Assembly: GCA_038113315.1 (NCBI GenBank)
Contig: JAYNOQ010000001.1
Span: forward strand, 22,015-86,014
From: Flammeovirgaceae bacterium
Lineage (GTDB): Bacteria > Bacteroidota > Bacteroidia > Cytophagales > MED-G16
DNA length: 64,000 bases
Direction of reading: 5' to 3'
Shown here: one piece after another, positions 9,573 through 19,908 of the stretch
How positions within the stretch are numbered: position 1 is the stretch's first letter
Layout of the letters: each line of letters starts with the position of its first letter
Notes under the pieces: generated by a model
What the model saw: the letters and a program-made list of their open reading frames with translations, nothing else
Told to the model about the DNA's origin: nothing
Database searches by the model: none
Position numbers and translations under genes: made by a program

Positions 9573-11321
9573 TTAGTTTAAACCTGCACCTGCTCTATCC
9601 CAGAAAATTTTCTCTCCTAAATCTGTTCTAACAGGAGCATTCTTGTTCAAGTTAGAAAAATCTGAAGGATATGGGAAAAGCCTTGGAAAAGTACCAGCAT
9701 CAGGAGTCTTCATAGGACCCTGCATCTCAGTTGGATGACCAGTTCTTCTCATAGCATTATACAATTCGATACCATTAGAGAATGAAGCGAGTCTATGCTC
9801 TTTTACAATGATATTCATCTTTGCTTCATTATCTGCTGCAGCATCATACGCATTCAATACATAATTGACATAAGAATCAATTACTCTTGACTCAGGTACT
9901 GTACCAACTCCGTTTTCGTCAAAGTCACCAACTGGACCCCAACCTGCAGAGTAAGACATTACTGAAGCTATTGATTCTCTAATACCAGCTTCTAACATGT
10001 CTTTAGCATTTTCACTAGAAAGACCATCAAGAGCAGCTTCCGCTCTCATGAAGTAAACATTAGCAGCCATTAATAAAGGAGCATGACCGTCTCCGCCTCC
10101 ACCCATGGTTCCGAGTTGCTGAGTGTGAATAGTTGTAGCTGAACCAGCTTCAACAGCACCATCAGTCTCAGATGCAGCATCACCATCATCATATGCACCA
10201 GCTGCAGGATAAATACCACGAGATGTTCTCTTTCGACCATCTGGAGGAGTTCCGTCATTGTTTCCATGATCCCTACCCCAGTATCCTTTTGCTAAAGCTG
10301 CATCAACAGTAGTTAAAGAGCTAGCAGCACAGAAAGGCCAAGTTTTTGTCTCTCCGTATGCATTAGTATACTGGTTGTCATACCAGACTGGTCTAGTTTC
10401 AGGAACAACACAATCGATAGTAAATAAGTCTTCACCTACAATTTGCAAGTCCTGTCTCTTATAATAATACCTAAGTCTTGGATCAGGAAAAGGCTTTTCT
10501 TCCATTAACTCCCACATGAAGTAGTTAGATTGATATGGGCCAGCACCAGATTCATATGCACCAGCATACCACGGGTGTCTAGAATCAGGATTTTGTCTGT
10601 TACTTCCGTATTGAAAAACCCAATCATCAGCCTTACTATCTATAACACCTGCAGATAAAGCAGCCGATATCTTTCCAGCATTACCTTCATTTAGAGCAAG
10701 TCTAAACTTAAGTGTGTTAGCAAGGGTTATCCACTTAGCTTTATCACCACCATAAAAAATGTCCACAGCTGGACCACCAATAGCAGTTTTACCTAAATCT
10801 ACAATTGCCTCATCATATAATCCTTCGATTGCTGCGTACACAGTTTGTGCATCATCAACTTTAGGACTAAGGTTTTCTGTTCCTTGCCATGCCTCAGAAT
10901 AAGGAATTGCACCATGCTTGTCAACAAGCATTTGTAAAGCATATCCTTTTAAGATTTTACCAGCACCAACATGAATCCAAGATTCAGCAGCAGCACCAGC
11001 CTCAACCATAGCATCAATATCAGGAATTAAACCAGAATAAGCAGAATTCCATGAACCATTAAAACTAGAAGATAAGTAAGCATTGTCATACGTCTCACCC
11101 CATGTCATACATGCAACCCTAGCTACTTGAAGCAATGGAGTTTGATTTCCATACCACCAACCCCCAAAACTAGTTTGAACAGAGTTCCAGTATAAATCAA
11201 GACCTGCGTTTTCAGCAGTTACAGCATTCGGGTTGTTTAACTGATCAAGATCAGTAATCTCACATGAATACCCAACAAACATGAAAGCTATTATTAAGTA
11301 TAATTTATTTAATTTTTTCAT
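9573..11321 (-). CDS. SusD/RagB-family outer-membrane nutrient-binding lipoprotein
   Basis: 582 aa. Lipoprotein signal (GYSC). Length, TPR-like helical N-terminal pattern and position immediately after a SusC-type TonB-dependent transporter all fit. Confidence 0.88.
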   Translation of the reverse strand: MKKLNKLYLIIAFMFVGYSCEITDLDQLNNPNAVTAENAGLDLYWNSVQTSFGGWWYGNQTPLLQVARVACMTWGETYDNAYLSSSFNGSWNSAYSGLIPDIDAMVEAGAAAESWIHVGAGKILKGYALQMLVDKHGAIPYSEAWQGTENLSPKVDDAQTVYAAIEGLYDEAIVDLGKTAIGGPAVDIFYGGDKAKWITLANTLKFRLALNEGNAGKISAALSAGVIDSKADDWVFQYGSNRQNPDSRHPWYAGAYESGAGPYQSNYFMWELMEEKPFPDPRLRYYYKRQDLQIVGEDLFTIDCVVPETRPVWYDNQYTNAYGETKTWPFCAASSLTTVDAALAKGYWGRDHGNNDGTPPDGRKRTSRGIYPAAGAYDDGDAASETDGAVEAGSATTIHTQQLGTMGGGGDGHAPLLMAANVYFMRAEAALDGLSSENAKDMLEAGIRESIASVMSYSAGWGPVGDFDENGVGTVPESRVIDSYVNYVLNAYDAAADNEAKMNIIVKEHRLASFSNGIELYNAMRRTGHPTEMQGPMKTPDAGTFPRLFPYPSDFSNLNKNAPVRTDLGEKIFWDRAGAGLN

Positions 11322-11341
11322 AATATTTAATATTTAAAAAA

Positions 11342-14300
11342 TTAGAATGTTAAACTTAGAGTTGCACCATACTTCTTAGCAGTAGGACCAGTCATCTCAT
11401 CCCAACCTCTAGCATTAGATCCAGTACCATAACTTATAACCTCAGGGTCAAAGTTTGCACCTCTCGGAAAATTATATGCTAAATGCCATAGATTTTGAGC
11501 AGAAACAGTTAAACTCGCGCTTCCAAATGGAGTACCATTAAGGAATGATTTAGGAGCAACTAAAGAAAGAGAAACTTCTCTTAGTCTCATCACTGAAGCA
11601 TCATACACAGAGTTTTCATCATAGAATACTCCAGTATTTGGCCAATAATGAGCGTTAGCTGTAGTTTGTTTAGTATTAACAGCACCATCATTAGTTAATC
11701 CAGTAGTTACTACAGGAACGAATCTATCGAAACCAGTTTCCTCAAGAATACCTCTACCAAGTAAAGTTGAACTAGTAGTAGAGAATACATCTCCACCTAC
11801 AGAAGCATCAAACTGAACTCTAGCAGTTAACCACTTATAAGTTAAGGTATTAGTTACACCATAAACAAAATCTGGATTAGGATCACCAATTACTGCATAA
11901 CCAAGTTGTTGGTATCCACCATTTGAATTAACAATTGGAGTGTAATTAGTTCTATCGTCCCAATGAACTTGCTTATGATCAGTACCATCAAGGCTACCAT
12001 AATCTCTCTTGATAATATCACCTTCCATTATACCAAAAGGTAATCCAGGAATTGCAATATTTCCTCTACCAACATAACCTGCAACATATATTTTTTCAAC
12101 ACCATCAGCAATAGAAAGCACCTCACTTCTTAATAATGAGAATTGTCCCGATACTTCCCATGTAAAGTCTCTAGACTGTACAGGAACTAAAGAAACAATT
12201 GCTTCTAAACCTTTGTTATTAATAGACGCTGAGTTTACAGTTGAAGATCTATAACCTGTAGTTGCATCAAGATCTAAATCAATGATAAGATCTTCAGAAT
12301 CCTTAGTAAATAAAGATAAATCTATACCAACTCTATTCTGGAAAAACTTACCCTCAATTCCAAGTTCAATTTCTTTGTGAATCTCAGGTGTTAATCCTGG
12401 ATTAGCAAAGAATGTACTTACATTATTCGAATTAAGAAGTGTACCACCAGAAGTTTGGAAAACTTTAGTTCTAGTTACCAACGATCCTCTAGTTGAGTAT
12501 GGCGAAGGGTAACCTGCAGAAGTTCCAAATCCAAATCTAACTTTTAAAAAGTTTAAATTCTGATTAGATATACCTAATGCATCAAATGGTAATACCGATA
12601 AAGAAACTGAAGGATATAAAAATGATCTGTTTTCAGGCTCCAAAGTAGAAGTCCAATCATTCCTAGCAGATGCAGTTAAAAATCCCCAATCTTTATATCC
12701 TAAAGAAAGGTTTGCATATGCACCATAAGTATTCTCTCTAAGTACGTAAGAGTTTGCAGTAGTTACTGTAAAGTTACTATGGTCAAAGAAGTCGAAAATG
12801 AACATATCAGAACTAAATATCTGAGCTAATTCATAATTTCTTGATTGTAAGTTTGCACCTACTAAGAAATCAAAATCTAAATCTTCAGATAGTTCTACTG
12901 ATCCATTAAGGTTAACTACTTGATCATAATTAATATTATTTCTATATGACGTTTGATAGGCTCCTAAAACAGCATAACCCATAACTCCATTCTTATTAAT
13001 CATGTAGTTATTCAGCATATTCGTTCTATCAAGACCTATTCTGTATGTCAGATTTAAGAAATCAGCAACTTCATAACTGAGGGTAACATTACCAATAAAT
13101 CTGTTAACATCGTCTTTGTCCCTAGAATTGTGTAAAGTCCATAATGGATGTTGCATTCCGTTATCTCCCCTGTAGTATACACTACCACGAGTATCTGGTC
13201 TTTCATATTCTAATCCGAATAAATTCCAACTTCTAGGAGTATATAAAACATTACCAAATAAAGAAACATTACTTGCATTTGAGTTTCTACTCGGAGCAAC
13301 TGGTGGCTTATTAGCTTGAGATTCAATATAATTGAATGAAGCATTAATTTTTAAACCATTTGCAAGCTGAGTATTAGCACCTAAAGCAAAATTATGTTTT
13401 CTATAATCGTTGAAAGGAATATATCCATTGTCTTTAGTCCAACCATAATTTGCTTTTATTGATGAAGAACCAACTTGAGCATTAATACCAATAGAGGTAT
13501 TTTGTTGAGAACCATCGACAAAGAAGTTCTGTAAATTGTCATAAGCTTGGTACTTCCATCTTGCACCTACGTACTGAGGAAAAACAGCATTCCAAGAGCT
13601 TCTGTCATAAGGATGTTTTATCGTACCATCAGTTAATCCGTTTCTATTAGGATCATCAAAAGGAGCTCCCCAGTTACTAAATGCAGCTGATGCTCTATTT
13701 TGCCATCCATTACCATACTGATCTTGATCGTCTGGTACACTAGCTACCTGATTTACAAAATATGATTGGCTATATGAAACTTCTAAACCTTTATTAGATG
13801 TGCTTCCAATTTGACCAGTTTTGGTCGTAATAAGGATCACACCATTTCTACCAGCCTCACCGTATAGTACGGTAGCAGCAAGTCCTTTTAGCACACTTAT
13901 CTCTGCTACGTTGTTAGGATCAAGATCTAAAAATCTACTAGAAGCAGTTGCACCACCACTAGTAAAGCCTCTATCCGAATAAGTTGAACCGTCAATCGGC
14001 ACACCATCTAAAACGAATAAAGGTTGATTAGAACCTGAAATTGAGGTATATCCTCTAATAATAATATTAGTACCAGTTCCAGAAACACCACTTTGTGAAG
14101 TGATATCAACACCAGGAACTTTACCTCTTAACAACCTAGCTATGTCTGCTTCGGGTCTAGCTTCAAGCTGTTCACCACCAACAGAAGTTACTGCATAACC
14201 AAGTGCAGCTTTTTCTTTGGTGATACCCAATGCAGTTACAACAACCTCTTGAAGTTCTTCAACATCAGAGCTCATAACTACATCCACCACTGATCTAGCA

Positions 14301-14551
14301 CCAATTGCAACTTCTTGCGATACTAAACCAATAAATGAAAATACTAAGGTACCTCCATCACTAGGAACATCTAGCGAGTATGAACCATTGACATCTGTAG
14401 TAGTACCAATAGTCGTACCTTGAAGGATCACGTTAACACCAGGAAGACCACTACCGTCTTCGTCAGATGAAACAGATCCAGAAATAGTTCTGTCTTGAGC
14501 CCAAACATTTGAAGCCAAAAACAAGAAACTAACTAGTATAAATCTAAACAT
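11342..14551 (-). CDS. SusC/RagA-family TonB-dependent transporter
   Basis: 1069 aa. Signal peptide, N-terminal carboxypeptidase-regulatory-like domain (ISGSVSSDEDGSGLPGVNVILQGT), a plug region (VTALGITKEKAALGYAV), a long beta-barrel and a C-terminal aromatic residue (LTF). Confidence 0.93.
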   Translation of the reverse strand: MFRFILVSFLFLASNVWAQDRTISGSVSSDEDGSGLPGVNVILQGTTIGTTTDVNGSYSLDVPSDGGTLVFSFIGLVSQEVAIGARSVVDVVMSSDVEELQEVVVTALGITKEKAALGYAVTSVGGEQLEARPEADIARLLRGKVPGVDITSQSGVSGTGTNIIIRGYTSISGSNQPLFVLDGVPIDGSTYSDRGFTSGGATASSRFLDLDPNNVAEISVLKGLAATVLYGEAGRNGVILITTKTGQIGSTSNKGLEVSYSQSYFVNQVASVPDDQDQYGNGWQNRASAAFSNWGAPFDDPNRNGLTDGTIKHPYDRSSWNAVFPQYVGARWKYQAYDNLQNFFVDGSQQNTSIGINAQVGSSSIKANYGWTKDNGYIPFNDYRKHNFALGANTQLANGLKINASFNYIESQANKPPVAPSRNSNASNVSLFGNVLYTPRSWNLFGLEYERPDTRGSVYYRGDNGMQHPLWTLHNSRDKDDVNRFIGNVTLSYEVADFLNLTYRIGLDRTNMLNNYMINKNGVMGYAVLGAYQTSYRNNINYDQVVNLNGSVELSEDLDFDFLVGANLQSRNYELAQIFSSDMFIFDFFDHSNFTVTTANSYVLRENTYGAYANLSLGYKDWGFLTASARNDWTSTLEPENRSFLYPSVSLSVLPFDALGISNQNLNFLKVRFGFGTSAGYPSPYSTRGSLVTRTKVFQTSGGTLLNSNNVSTFFANPGLTPEIHKEIELGIEGKFFQNRVGIDLSLFTKDSEDLIIDLDLDATTGYRSSTVNSASINNKGLEAIVSLVPVQSRDFTWEVSGQFSLLRSEVLSIADGVEKIYVAGYVGRGNIAIPGLPFGIMEGDIIKRDYGSLDGTDHKQVHWDDRTNYTPIVNSNGGYQQLGYAVIGDPNPDFVYGVTNTLTYKWLTARVQFDASVGGDVFSTTSSTLLGRGILEETGFDRFVPVVTTGLTNDGAVNTKQTTANAHYWPNTGVFYDENSVYDASVMRLREVSLSLVAPKSFLNGTPFGSASLTVSAQNLWHLAYNFPRGANFDPEVISYGTGSNARGWDEMTGPTAKKYGATLSLTF

Positions 14552-14850
14552 AGTTTAATTGATATTTAATTAATAGTTGTTTAACAATAATTAACTGTGA
14601 TTTTACCAATTTTCTCAAAAAATGAGAGAAAAAAGAATACACCACAGACAAGTCTCCCTACCCAAAATCCTCATTTAGAGCAAGGAAACGAATATTTTAA
14701 GGTTTTTTAACAAAAAACCCATTGGCTATTTTAATAATTACAGATGAGAAATCAATGATATTTCTAATTTTTTTTCAATAATTTATTTACGATTTATTCA
14801 CATTAAATTAACATGTGAAAAAGTTTTTCCAGTGTTTTTTTTAAAGAAGA

Positions 14851-16626
14851 CTAGTTGTTGATCTTGAATTCTATTCTCCTATTCTCAGGGCCATCATAAT
14901 TAGGTCTAATTGGTAATGAATTTCCAAAGCCTTTATAATATATATTTTTTATAGTAGGATCAATTGATAGTATAAACTTAACAACAGCCTCTGCTCTTGC
15001 TTCTGATAAACTATAATTATATTCATCAGAACCAACATTGTCTGCATGACCAGAAATCTGAATTTCTTTAAAATTATTATTACCTAACCACTGAGATATT
15101 ATTGATAAGTATTTTTTTGAATCACTACTTAACTCATAACTATCAAAATCAAAATATATATTTTTCAATATAATATTTTCATCCAACCTACTCATAAAGA
15201 TATCAATAGTATCACTCGACAAATCTTCAATGACACTAGGGAAATAAGCCTTTGACTCAGCTATTATTGAAGAGTTAGAATAAAAATCCTCATTATATTT
15301 TGATTGGTTACTAAATCTTTTTCTTTCTCCATCATTTATAATAAACAAATCACTTATTATTTCTTCACCTGTCTCTTTATCATATGTTCTGACAAGTTTA
15401 TTAACTTGTATAGGCTCATATTTTTTGGAAATTTGTCCATAGATTATTTGTGACTTCTTATTTGACATGATATCCTCAACGGTCAACAAAAGATTATCAC
15501 CCCATATAAATATTGATGTCTCATCAAGATATGAATTTACGGAAGAGCCAAGATTAAATATTAAGTTATTATCTAATAAATAAATATCATAACCACCATA
15601 GGAATTATCTCTATTTGAGGAAAAATAAAAAATAGCATCGTTAACAACTGGAGATACCTCCTCATGTTTTGTGTTAACCTCCTTAAAATTCAATGCTTTA
15701 GAAAATGATCCATCTTCTTTTATTACTGAATAATAAATATCTCTTCCACCCACTCCACCTGGCCTATTTGATACAAAGTATAGCGTACCATCATACATGA
15801 AAGGTTGTGAATCCCAAAAAGCTGAATTTACGTTATCATCAAATTTTCTAGGCTTAGACCATAAATTACCTTTCATTTGAGAGTAGTATATATCGCAAGA
15901 GTTATTCTTAAAGTCCATCTCACAAGAGGTAAACACCATAAACTTTCCATCATCAGAAAATGATGGAGTACCCTCATTGTTCTCAGAATTAAGACTAATG
16001 TAGGGTTTAAAATCAGTAAAATTATTATTAGATAAAGACGCTGTTACAATATTTTCATCATCAAAAAGGTTTCCACCTTCTCTTACTGTAAAGAATAACT
16101 TTTTTACATTTTGATCAAAGTGGGGAGAATATTGATAGTACCATCTATCTATAGAATCATTTTTAATGTAAGATATTAATTGATTATTTGTGTTATTGAT
16201 GTAGTAATTAATATTACTTCTATATTTTGATAATGAAATAAACTTCAATGTATCATCAATAGAATCAAAATGTTTTTTTGACTCTGATATGTTACCACTT
16301 AAAAAATAAAATTCACCCAAATAATAACTTACATCATCCTTATTTTGCTGGCATAATTTGTCATTATAAACTAAAAGCCAGTTCTTATAATCTGAGAACA
16401 TATTTATTTTTTTATACGATAACCCTAATTTATAAATAGCAGGACAAAAATCAGGGTCAGACTTTAAAGATTTTAAAAATAAATCAATTGCTGAATCAAA
16501 ATCTCCTATTGAATATAATGCATTACCCTCTTTATAAAATTTAGTTGCTTTCTTATAATTCTGGGAATAAGATTGACTTGAAAGAAAATTAAAGAAGCAT
16601 AAAAAAATTAATAATCTAGTCAACAC
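14851..16626 (-). CDS. OmpA-family protein with N-terminal TPR and TolB-like (WD40-like) repeats
   Basis: 591 aa. Signal peptide, TPR-like YKEGNALYSIGDFDSAIDLF, PD40-like repeats (SPHF, PSFSDDGKFMVFTS, RPGGVGGRDIYYS). C-terminal OmpA/MotB peptidoglycan-binding motif ISGHADNVGSDEYNYSLSEARA. Confidence 0.8.
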   Translation of the reverse strand: MLTRLLIFLCFFNFLSSQSYSQNYKKATKFYKEGNALYSIGDFDSAIDLFLKSLKSDPDFCPAIYKLGLSYKKINMFSDYKNWLLVYNDKLCQQNKDDVSYYLGEFYFLSGNISESKKHFDSIDDTLKFISLSKYRSNINYYINNTNNQLISYIKNDSIDRWYYQYSPHFDQNVKKLFFTVREGGNLFDDENIVTASLSNNNFTDFKPYISLNSENNEGTPSFSDDGKFMVFTSCEMDFKNNSCDIYYSQMKGNLWSKPRKFDDNVNSAFWDSQPFMYDGTLYFVSNRPGGVGGRDIYYSVIKEDGSFSKALNFKEVNTKHEEVSPVVNDAIFYFSSNRDNSYGGYDIYLLDNNLIFNLGSSVNSYLDETSIFIWGDNLLLTVEDIMSNKKSQIIYGQISKKYEPIQVNKLVRTYDKETGEEIISDLFIINDGERKRFSNQSKYNEDFYSNSSIIAESKAYFPSVIEDLSSDTIDIFMSRLDENIILKNIYFDFDSYELSSDSKKYLSIISQWLGNNNFKEIQISGHADNVGSDEYNYSLSEARAEAVVKFILSIDPTIKNIYYKGFGNSLPIRPNYDGPENRRIEFKINN

Positions 16627-17233
16627 CTAAATATTTATGGGTTTGTAGTGATATTTTCCACTTTGGATTACTCTTAATATATTCTAGAATACTAGAATTA
16701 ATTTTTTCAGATTTTGACCATTCCGGCTGTAAAATAAGATCAGGATTATTCTTAATTTTTTTTAAATTTTCTTCAGCCCACAAAAAGTCCGAATTATTAT
16801 AAATTATTATTTTTAATTCGTCAGATAACTCAAAGAATTCGTCTAACGGTTCCTTAAATTTTTTAGGTGAAAAACAAATCCAGTCAAAGTTACCTGACAA
16901 AGGATGAGTTCCTGATGTCTCTAAATGTATCTTTTTATCATATTCCTTTAGAATAGTTGTTAGCTCAGTTAAGTCATGCATTAGAGGCTCACCACCAGTT
17001 ATAACAATTATTTCGGCAGGTGATTTTAGTACATCATTTACTATTTCTTTGACAGTTTTAAATTGGTTTTCATCAATGTCCCACGAATCCTTCACATCAC
17101 ACCAGTGACAATTTACGTCACAACCAGCTAATCTAATGAAATAAGATGGTTTACCAGTATGAGTTCCCTCACCTTGGATACTATAAAAAGTCTCCATTAC
17201 TGGAATTTTAGAATCAGATCTTGAACTTATCAC
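16616..17233 (-). CDS. queE: 7-carboxy-7-deazaguanine synthase (radical SAM)
   Basis: 205 aa. FYSIQGEG, radical-SAM cluster CDVNCHWCD and ITGGEP are typical of QueE. Confidence 0.85.
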   Translation of the reverse strand: MISSRSDSKIPVMETFYSIQGEGTHTGKPSYFIRLAGCDVNCHWCDVKDSWDIDENQFKTVKEIVNDVLKSPAEIIVITGGEPLMHDLTELTTILKEYDKKIHLETSGTHPLSGNFDWICFSPKKFKEPLDEFFELSDELKIIIYNNSDFLWAEENLKKIKNNPDLILQPEWSKSEKINSSILEYIKSNPKWKISLQTHKYLGVD

Positions 17234-18089
17234 AATATACTTTTAGTGTATTTTGAAGTAAAGAGACAATAGTCATCGGACCAACGCCACCAGGAACAGG
17301 TGTAATAAGACTAGCTTTTTTAGAAACATTTTCAAAGTCAACATCGCCAACAATTTTATAGCCGGATTTTTTAGAAGAGTCTTCTACTCTAGAAATACCA
17401 ACATCAATTATTGCAACTCCTTCCTTGACCATATCTTGAGTAACTAAATTAGGTTTACCAACAGCAGATATTATAAGATCAGCATCAATTGTTAGAGATT
17501 TTAAATTTTTGGTTTTGCTGTTACAAACAATTACTGTAGCATCTTCTCTCTCAACTAGCATTTGAGCAATAGCACCGCCAACATTTCTGCTTGCACCTAG
17601 CACAACACACTTTTTTGAATCTATATCTATTCCATACCTTTCAATTAATGTCATAACTCCAAGGCCAGTAGCTGGCATTAATTTTTTCTTTTTAGAGGTA
17701 ATACTTCCAATATTATCGTTCGTAAACCCATCAATATCTTTGGACGGATCAATAGATTCAATTACTTTCTGAACACTAATTTGATCAGGCAAGGGTAATT
17801 GAACAATAAAACCATCAAGATTTACATCAGAATTAAATTTCTTTATGATATTTAATAATTCCTGCTGATTAATGTTATCGTTTAAATTAATTAACTCCGC
17901 ATCGATCCCTACACTCTCACAAGCCTTAAGTTTTGCATTCACATAAATTCTACTGGGACCATGAGCTCCGACCAGAATAATTTTTATAGATGGGGCCCTA
18001 TTACCTTTAGAAATAGAAAATGAAATCTTTTTTGTTATTTCATCTTTTATTTCACTTGCTACTTTTATTCCGTCAATTAAATTATTCAT
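17214..18089 (-). CDS. folD: Bifunctional methylenetetrahydrofolate dehydrogenase/methenyl-THF cyclohydrolase
   Basis: 291 aa. [34 protein letters not shown] and [10 protein letters not shown] signatures. Confidence 0.95.
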   Translation of the reverse strand: MNNLIDGIKVASEIKDEITKKISFSISKGNRAPSIKIILVGAHGPSRIYVNAKLKACESVGIDAELINLNDNINQQELLNIIKKFNSDVNLDGFIVQLPLPDQISVQKVIESIDPSKDIDGFTNDNIGSITSKKKKLMPATGLGVMTLIERYGIDIDSKKCVVLGASRNVGGAIAQMLVEREDATVIVCNSKTKNLKSLTIDADLIISAVGKPNLVTQDMVKEGVAIIDVGISRVEDSSKKSGYKIVGDVDFENVSKKASLITPVPGGVGPMTIVSLLQNTLKVYCDKFKI

Positions 18090-19896
18090 CTATTTTAAGT
18101 ACTGCTAAAAATGCATTTTGTGGAATTTCTACATTTCCGACTTGTCTCATCCTTTTTTTACCTTTTTTCTGTTTTTCTAAAAGCTTTCTTTTCCTTGTTA
18201 TATCACCACCATAACATTTTGCTGTAACATTTTTTCTTAAAGCCCTAACAGTTTCTCTTGCAATAATTTTATTTCCGATAGAGGCCTGAATAGCAATTTC
18301 AAACATCTGACGGGGTAATAATTCCTTTAATTTTTCACAAAGTTTTTTACCCCAAGTATATGCTTTGTCTCTGTGAACGATAGCTGAAAGTGCATCAACC
18401 TTATCGCCATTAAGCATTATATCCAGTTTAGACATTTTTGATTCAGAAAATCCGGTGAGTTCATAGTCTAAAGATGCATAACCCCTTGATATAGATTTTA
18501 ATTTATCATAAAAATCAAAAACGATCTCGGAAAGAGGTAAAATAAATGATAATTCAACTCTATCTTTTGATAAATAAACCTGATTTTGTAGCGCCCCCCT
18601 TCTGTCAATACATAATTTAATTATACCGCCTATAAAATCAGATTTTGTGATGATCTGAGCAGATATTACTGGCTCTTCAATTTTCGATATCTCATTTGGC
18701 TCTGGCATTTCTGAGGGAGCATAAATACTATTAAGTTCACCATTAGTTTTATAACAATTAAACTCAACTGATGGTACAGTTGTAATTACAGACATATTAA
18801 ATTCTCTATCTAGTCTTTCTTGAATTATATCCATATGGAGCATACCAAGGAAACCACATCTAAAACCAAATCCTAACGCAGCTGAGGTTTCAGGCTCCCA
18901 TACAAGAGAGGCATCATTTAATTGTAATTTTTCTAATGAATTTCTCAATTCCTCATAATCAGAACTATCTACAGGATATATTCCAGCAAATACCATAGGT
19001 TTAACATCTTCAAAACCTTTTATAGCTTCTACAGAATTATTATCATTATGTGTTATTGTGTCACCAACTTTTACCTCCTTAGCATTTTTAATACCAGAAA
19101 TTAAGTAACCTACATTTCCTGAAGAAATCTCACTTTTTGACTCTTTTTTTAATTTTAAAATTCCAATTTCATCAACGTCATACTCTTTACCTGTATTAAC
19201 AAATTTAACTTTATCTCCCTTCTTAATTTTACCATTAAATACCCTAAAAAGAACTTCAATTCCCCTATATGAATTATATACTGAATCGAAAATCATAGCT
19301 TGAAGCGGCTTTGAGTCATCACCAAGAGGAGGGGGTATTTTATCTATAATCTCCTTTAATAGACTTTCTATTCCTATACCATCTTTAGCACTAACGTGCA
19401 AAATATCTTCTTTCTCACATCCTATAAGATCTATAACCTGATCAGAAACTTCTTCAATCATTGCTCCTGGCAAATCTATTTTATTTAGCACTGGAATAAT
19501 TTCTAAGCCTTGCTCAAGAGCAAGATATAGATTTGAAATAGTTTGAGCTTGAATACCTTGAGAAGCATCCACTACTAAAAGAGCCCCTTCACATGAAGCA
19601 ATTGATCGTGATACCTCATAGGAGAAATCAACATGACCAGGAGTGTCAATTAAGTTTAAAGTAAAAACTGAATTTTCATGTTTATGAGACATTTGAATCG
19701 CATGAGATTTAATAGTTATACCCCTCTCTCTCTCAAGATCCATATTATCAAGAAGCTGATTAGTCATCTCCCTAGAATCAACAGTTCTGGTAAACTCCAA
19801 AAGTCTATCTGCAAGAGTACTCTTGCCATGATCAATGTGAGCTATAATGCAAAAATTTCTTATTTTTTCCATAATGTGAGACCCAAAATTAGACAA
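18082..19896 (-). CDS. lepA: Elongation factor 4
   Basis: 604 aa. [34 protein letters not shown], and a LepA-specific C-terminal domain. The true start may be the internal Met at MEKIRNF (19872) rather than 19896. Confidence 0.96.
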   Translation of the reverse strand: MSNFGSHIMEKIRNFCIIAHIDHGKSTLADRLLEFTRTVDSREMTNQLLDNMDLERERGITIKSHAIQMSHKHENSVFTLNLIDTPGHVDFSYEVSRSIASCEGALLVVDASQGIQAQTISNLYLALEQGLEIIPVLNKIDLPGAMIEEVSDQVIDLIGCEKEDILHVSAKDGIGIESLLKEIIDKIPPPLGDDSKPLQAMIFDSVYNSYRGIEVLFRVFNGKIKKGDKVKFVNTGKEYDVDEIGILKLKKESKSEISSGNVGYLISGIKNAKEVKVGDTITHNDNNSVEAIKGFEDVKPMVFAGIYPVDSSDYEELRNSLEKLQLNDASLVWEPETSAALGFGFRCGFLGMLHMDIIQERLDREFNMSVITTVPSVEFNCYKTNGELNSIYAPSEMPEPNEISKIEEPVISAQIITKSDFIGGIIKLCIDRRGALQNQVYLSKDRVELSFILPLSEIVFDFYDKLKSISRGYASLDYELTGFSESKMSKLDIMLNGDKVDALSAIVHRDKAYTWGKKLCEKLKELLPRQMFEIAIQASIGNKIIARETVRALRKNVTAKCYGGDITRKRKLLEKQKKGKKRMRQVGNVEIPQNAFLAVLKIDE

Positions 19897-19908
19897 TAAA
19901 TATCTATT

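Noticed and set aside
14701-14719. Inverted repeat GGTTTTTT-aac-AAAAAACC in the SusC upstream region, considered as a terminator
   Set aside because: The stem is almost entirely A-T with a 3-nt loop and would be very unstable. It is not positioned directly after a gene end. It is kept only as a note within the leader-region finding.
14797-14819. Inverted repeat TTCACAT-N9-ATGTGAA just downstream of the OmpA-family gene, considered as its terminator
   Set aside because: It has a 7-bp AT-rich stem and a large 9-nt loop, and no T-run follows it on the minus strand. Evidence is insufficient to call a terminator.
8537-14850. Mobile-element hallmarks around the GC-rich SusCD block (integrase, transposase, flanking direct repeats, tRNA insertion site)
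   Set aside because: None found. The boundaries are an ordinary terminator and an intergenic region, so I report only a compositional anomaly and not a genomic island call.
19873-19896. Eight-codon N-terminal extension of lepA (MSNFGSHI) given by the ORF track
   Set aside because: Not rejected as coding, but the conserved LepA N-terminus begins at MEKIRNF (start at 19872). The extension is probably an ORF-calling artefact. I kept the track coordinates and flagged the uncertainty.
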